DNA of 64,000 nucleotides. Origin: Podarcis pityusensis (lineage: Eukaryota). The notes below the pieces were generated by a model. It saw only the letters and a list, made by a program, of their open reading frames with translations. It made no database searches and had not been told where the DNA came from. How positions within the stretch are numbered: the stretch's first letter is position 1; each line of letters begins with the position of its first letter. The position numbers and the translations under genes are program-made. The stretch is taken from assembly GCA_964106645.2 (NCBI GenBank), contig OZ067043.1; one strand, given 5' to 3'. This document shows positions 58,578 to 64,000 of the stretch, in pieces.

Positions 58578-59757
58578 GTGTAGATAATGGTTTGATTAAA
58601 ATCATCACAACTGGGTAGCTTCTTATACTTTAAAAGCTAATTTAGGTGCCCCCTCACAGTGTGATCCTATACACATCAGCTATACACAGCTCTTTTTAAA
58701 TGGGACTTGCTGCCATAGCCTGCCTACAAGCAGGAACACTTGCAGGATATCTGCAACTAAACTTCCTGTTGTATTTTAGGAGGTATATAGTATTTGAAAT
58801 CTGTAGATTATCTCAAAAGGTTCCTTCTGCCAATGATTCCATGAAATACAGAATGGCTCTCTGTCACAACTTCAGATGGTAAGAGAAGCTAACTTCAGTA
58901 ACGGGAATTTGCTTCTGCGGCCTTATCTAAATTGGGATGGACAGCAGTCTCTTGGTCTGTGTCTGAGATATGAAAACTAGGGCTTGTGCATATTATTGAC
59001 TAATTAAAATAGGTAACCACATTGACCCCTACAGATGCTCTTTGTCATGGAGAACTCGTTACCTGTAATGAAGGAATAGTACAGGAGTAGCGACTGTTGC
59101 TGTTATGCCCTGGAATGGGCAGACTTAAGTCAGAACTTGTGTTCCAAGTTCTGGCTTGGTAGAAAGTCTGAGCCACACAGGCTGCTGTGGTTAGTAGAAC
59201 TTAAATGTTCTAGATAAAAGGCAACATCAAATAATTGTTGGTTCAGCTGTACTGCTGCCTTCCAGTTAAACTCACCTGGCCAAATTGGGGCTGCAGTTAA
59301 AACTGAGGATGTTTTCTTAAACTTCACTAAGAGGAAGACTTTTTGCAAACGAAACAGTTGTTATAATATATAAAACTAGTGCTTTGTTCCTGATCCTAAA
59401 CAAGACTTGAAGCAACTACTCAAGTTTGGAGTGGCTGTTCTAAAACAACTAGAGAAGCATGGCGCTTCCATAAGGACACTTAACAAGAAGACATACTATC
59501 CAAAATGTTTACACTTGTCAAATTTGAATAAGCTGCTGTGAGCACTTGTGTCAAGATAGGATACATATGTTGAGCAGTAAATGCTGTTGCCTGTTCAGTA
59601 GGGAGCACATGAGAACAGCCTATAGTTTTTAATCATAAGACCACGGAGCTCATTATCCCATATTTGCGAATAGACTGGGCAAGGCCAAACAGTTCCAATA
59701 GAAAGCCATACAGGTAAAGTCTCATTTGGAATACACTGTCCCATCTTCATTTCATTA

Positions 59758-60106
59758 AAGTAAAGGGACCCCTGACCGTTAGGTGTAGTCGTGGACGACT
59801 TTGGGGGTTGCGGCGCTCATCTCGCTTTACTGGCCGAGGGAGCCAGCGTACAGCTTCCAGGTCATGTGGCCAGCATGACTAAGCTGCTTCTGGCGAACCA
59901 GAGCAGCACACAGAAACGGTGTTTACCTTCCCGCTGGAGCGGTACCTATTTATCTACTTGCACTGCATGCTTTCGAACTGCTAGGCTGGCAGGAGCAGGG
60001 ACCAAGCAACGGGAGCTCACCCCATCGCGGGGATTCGAACTGCCGACCTTCTGCTCAGCATGCTGTAGGCTCTGTGGTTTAACCCACAGCGCCACCCGTG
60101 TCCCTC
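59758..60106 (-). mobile_element. Sauria SINE, full length
   Basis: tRNA-like head with B-box GTTCGAATCC on the minus strand, CTTTA tail; 13-bp TSD CTTCATTTCATTA (59745/60107). Confidence 0.9.
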
Positions 60107-60590
60107 CTTCATTTCATTACTCCTGCATTATTAGTAACCAGGTGTTAAACCATAGCAAAAGAACAGCAAGAACAGGCATGCATAGTAGAATAAGCATCTT
60201 TTACTATTGCTGAGTAGTATATCCCTAAATTCCCTTGCATCATAATAAAATACTAATTCAGAACAGTGGTGTAAATGTAGAATGCTGTCATAAGCATTAG
60301 TCGAAAGTTTCTCACACATGCACTGAAGGAAGAAGGCAGGACACAGCAAGGGATCAGCAGTGGAGAGATTTAAGTGTTACAAAACCTTGTAATTCAATCT
60401 AACAATAAACTTTGCTTAAAAGTTTTTAAAACAGGACCATCCTATCTGAAAACTGGCTAAAATAGCTGGTGGTAAAAGCTGTAGTAGTACATCTAGCATT
60501 GCTTATGGCACATAATCCAGGTTATGTATTAGTCTAGCCCTAGCACTGAGGTAGAGAAAGACACTTACGTAACCAAGTCACTCTGCAAGA

Positions 60591-60596
60591 TTTATT
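60591..60596 (-). terminator. Candidate ELOVL1 polyadenylation signal
   Basis: AATAAA on the minus strand; another at 61297-61302. Confidence 0.4.
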
Positions 60597-62119
60597 CCAA
60601 CAAAATACGCATTCTGCCATGCCTTGGATAATTCTATCCAGCAACACTTGTAGCCACATTTAGCACTATCTATAGGATACTGCACAGATCAAAGATCTGC
60701 CATTGTTGGCCAGTTCTAACACAGGCCTATTTTGGGTGTGACACACAGTAGCAACAGCAGCGCCACTTTTCAGGCTACAGACAAATAGCACAAAGCAATA
60801 GGGCTTCAGGCACAGGATATTTCGCAGCAGCTGGAGCTTGGACAAGAACGGAAATCAGTAAAAAACAGAAAGGCAGCTGGCCTAAAACTTTCCATGTAAG
60901 GAAAAGAGAATATGCATTCAGCCTGGCAGGGAGAAAAGAAAGGAGCCTAGGAAACAAATGCACAAAACCTTTGAGCAAAGTTAGCTTTGCTCAAGTCGTG
61001 GTCCTCTAGCAGAAGTCACCTGAGGCACGACACTACACTGGGCAAGCCAGAATGTGGCCACTACAATACTTCATAGGTTTTTGATCTGAATTTTTCAGTT
61101 ATCCCCACTCCTTAAACTAACCCCAACTAAGGCACAAGGTGACTGAAGGGGAGCACCTCATTGGAACTGAATGTCAACATCTGTTTTATAGTCAATATGG
61201 CCCATGGAAATGTTTGTTCTTCTCACCCAAGCCTGACCAGTCATGGGTCCAAAGCCTTGAAATCAAGAACAAGAATCACTACTCTCTTTCTGTCCATTTA
61301 TTTCTGTGAATACAAGTGAGAAACTCAGGTAGAAGGGAGGCACCTCTCCTGAGTCCTCCCCAAGGCTTAGAATACAGGGAGCGTCTGCTCCTTGGAGCAG
61401 ATCCAGTAATAATAATAATAATAAAAAGGCACACAGAGCAACAGCATGCAAGCTGGAAAAAGGTCCTTCTCCCTGGGCTTCAGTGCAGCAAAAGTATCTG
61501 TGGTCATCAACCCATGGGGAGCAAGAGCCCAGAGTTATTGCTAAGGTTGTGGGATCAGAGCAACCAAAAACTGGGGAGTTATGTGGAAGGATGAACACTG
61601 AGGCCAGCCAAGGCAGCAAGAATGAAGCCCTCGGCCTATAGCACCCCACCTGCATACAGAGCAGGAATAGATCTCTCTGGGGGAGTCAGACCCACAGCAA
61701 CAAGGGACCACTCACATTCAAGTATGAATGGCAGGGCTCCAATGGGGTAAAGAGAATGAACAGCGGGCAACACAAACTTAGGGAAAGCAGAGGAACAAAA
61801 TTCCCACCTGGATCACATGGAGTACATAGAACTAAATGGAAAGGTGTGTCCCATCTGGCAGAGTTCTGCTTTGGTCCAGCTCTGGAGGGAGCCCAGCCCA
61901 GGGCAGACACAGGCACTTTGAAGACCTTAGGCTAAAACCAGCACCAACAGCCCAATCAGCCTCTCTCCCCTGGGACAGCTGAAGGCCAGGTGTGAGGGAT
62001 ATAGAGCAGTTGGGAAGGTGGCTTGGAACTGCAAGACAACAGTCTTTAGGCACTTGGTCTTGCTAATGGGCCCAGACATGGGTTCGGTTGGTCCGAGACA
62101 CCTTGATCCCACCCACCTC

Positions 62120-62365
62120 CTAGTTGGCTTTGGCTTTGCCGTTAGAAATGGCACCATTCTCATGAAAGCCATTCTGCTGAGGTTGTGTCATGACCTTGGG
62201 CAGACGCTTGCCTCTGGTGTACGAATGGTACCAGAAGTTGGAGAAGAGGAGGAAGAAGATAACGCCGTAAATCCAGATGAGGTGGATGAAGATTGGGTAC
62301 TGGTAGTCACAGCTGGGCATGAAGTAGTACTGGGAGACGTGGATGGAGACGAGCACAAACTGCAA
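62120..62365 (-). CDS. ELOVL1: ELOVL1 last coding exon
   Basis: LQFVLVSIH...[17 protein letters not shown]...KAKAN-TAG. Confidence 0.96.
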   Translation of the reverse strand: MQFVLVSIHVSQYYFMPSCDYQYPIFIHLIWIYGVIFFLLFSNFWYHSYTRGKRLPKVMTQPQQNGFHENGAISNGKAKAN

Positions 62366-63285
62366 CTGTGAGTGGAGGCAAGAGAAAGTTATGGAGTAAA
62401 GAAGGCAGCTATATCCCGTTCCCCTACCCACGGGAGGAAATAGACAGCCCTAGGGACAGGTAGTTCAAGCTGGGAGAGGGAGAACACAGAAAGTCTAGCA
62501 CAGGAAACAATTGCTACATAAGTTCCTGTAGCTCTTGCCAAGAGAAAGGAAATAAGTCAGACCAATGCCCCAGGCTGGTTGTACCATCGAAAGTTGGGAG
62601 TTGTTGGCATGAGTGGCCTGGTCCTCTCCCTTTCCTACTCACCAGTTGAATGGCAGTGATGTGCTTCTTCCACCACAGGTACTTTTGATAGGCAGGCCCT
62701 GCAGCTGACAGCGCATAGTAAAAGTACATCACCACATGTACTATCGAGTTCACTAAAGCATGAAATGAGCCCATTCCTCCTGCAGGCCAACAAATAAGAG
62801 AAAGATTAAATTCAAATGGTAAAGGAAGAGCTGAGATATGACCAAGTCCTACATACATATAGCAAGACCAGAAAGGAATTCTTCTGGAACATCAGGGACC
62901 ATGAATATGGTGGTTATGGTGGTAATAGAGTAAAAGAAGTCAGAAATGTTTGTTATTGTTGTCTTTGTGGGGCTTTTTTTGGGGGGGGGGGTTCCTAATC
63001 ATCTCCAGTTAGTATTCTGTGAAATGCTATTTTGAAGTGCCCACGACAAATTTAGATTTCCAAATGAGCCCCCAGGCCCCAAAAAGTTGAGAACCTTTGA
63101 TATAAAAATTATACAATATTAACTTTTACCATTCTAAAAGCTCTGTACTTTATTCCAAAAGTTAACAATTCATCACCATCATCTTTCACTATGCAGAGAC
63201 TCAAGGTGGCTTACAGATAAAATAGAAACAGCTAAAAGCATAGATAGGCCCATTAAAAATCAATTAAATGTTAACAGAATTTACA

Positions 63286-63329
<44 letters not shown>

Positions 63330-63882
63330 ATACATGCCTTCCCTAAATCTCACCTGGGCCAAATTTGGCACCCCACCACCAGCTCCAGGGAAGCACTGAA
63401 TGGTGGAACACATGCAGGAAGGTCACCTGTTCATTCTTCTTTCTTAGGATGAAGATCACCTGGAAGCAAGAGATTAGAGTGAGATGGGCTTTTCATTTTG
63501 GCCAGTGGGCCATTACTCCAGAATGTATAAAAGAGAGGAAGCACCATTGCAGACTCCAAATAGTAACAATCCAATCATTTTCAGTGAGCTAATAAATATC
63601 AACTGTACATACTGTAAGAAAATGAACAAAAACCACCCTATCCCAATGAAATACCTACTAGTGTTAGTAGTTAGTCACCATTAATTTGCACAAATGATCC
63701 ATGTCAGAATAAGTAGGGCTGTCTGACCACATCTGGTAAGTGTTGTTAAGGCCAATACAAATGTGTAGCCATACCCATTTCTGCTCCAAACAAGATACTG
63801 TAGGCCTCAAAAAACAAGCACTTACTGTGTCAAGCAGTTCAATGTACTTGGAGATGATGAAGACCCAGGCTACATGGACCAT
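62120..63882 (-). CDS. ELOVL1: Very-long-chain fatty acid elongase 1, last 4 exons (5' part outside window)
   Basis: [16 protein letters not shown] (HxxHH), [14 protein letters not shown]-terminal KAKAN ER-retrieval motif; synteny. Confidence 0.95.
62643..62779 (-). CDS. ELOVL1: ELOVL1 penultimate exon
   Basis: [22 protein letters not shown]...TAIQL. Confidence 0.96.
63283..63329. repeat. (AC)n(AG)n compound microsatellite in an ELOVL1 intron
   Basis: Direct reading. Confidence 0.95.
63354..63459 (-). CDS. ELOVL1: ELOVL1 exon (HxxHH)
   Basis: [30 protein letters not shown]. Confidence 0.96.
63826..63882 (-). CDS. ELOVL1: ELOVL1 exon ([19 protein letters not shown])
   Basis: tag|ATG...ACA|gtaagt, 57 nt. 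Confidence 0.94.
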
Positions 63883-64000
63883 CTACCAAGAAAGAGCAAT
63901 GTCAGAAATCCTAGTCATCAAAACATAAAGCTCCACCCTACTTTTCTACCCTCATTTTTTCTTCCTTCTGAATCCCCATTTCTCATCTTGAAGTAATCCC

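Noticed and set aside
59960-60106. tRNA-like A/B boxes
   Set aside because: They are the SINE head, not a tRNA gene; flanked by a TSD and SINE body

Overview
Vertebrate genomic DNA, almost certainly a squamate reptile and probably a lacertid lizard (Sauria SINEs, BovB, CAGTGGT-ended Tc1/mariner MITEs). It carries the conserved block TIE1(+) - MPL(+) - CDC20(+) - ELOVL1(-). By hand I traced all 23 TIE1 coding exons (2554-26300, ~1124 aa), 12 MPL exons (32857-47188, ~647 aa; start of exon 2 lies in an N-gap), a CpG-island/CCAAT/CHR promoter plus a first exon and 10 coding exons of CDC20 (50830-57020, 505 aa), and the last 4 exons of ELOVL1 (gene continues past the window). Top observations: (1) a minimal type-I hammerhead-ribozyme motif capping a 32-bp perfect hairpin (Penelope-like remnant) on the sense strand of MPL intron 1; (2) CDC20 has lost its KEN box (KEE), has a degenerate CRY box, and has an in-frame upstream ATG adding an NLS-like extension; (3) MPL has Cys at the W515 position, a NAGNAG acceptor that can shift the TM-Box1 register, and an expanded tail; (4) a truncated U1 snRNA copy with a replacement 3' hairpin; (5) a 49-bp near-perfect hairpin, a GC-AG intron and a candidate intronic polyA isoform in TIE1. 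Comparisons with human proteins are from memory and no searches were run. I found no wholly new multi-gene system.
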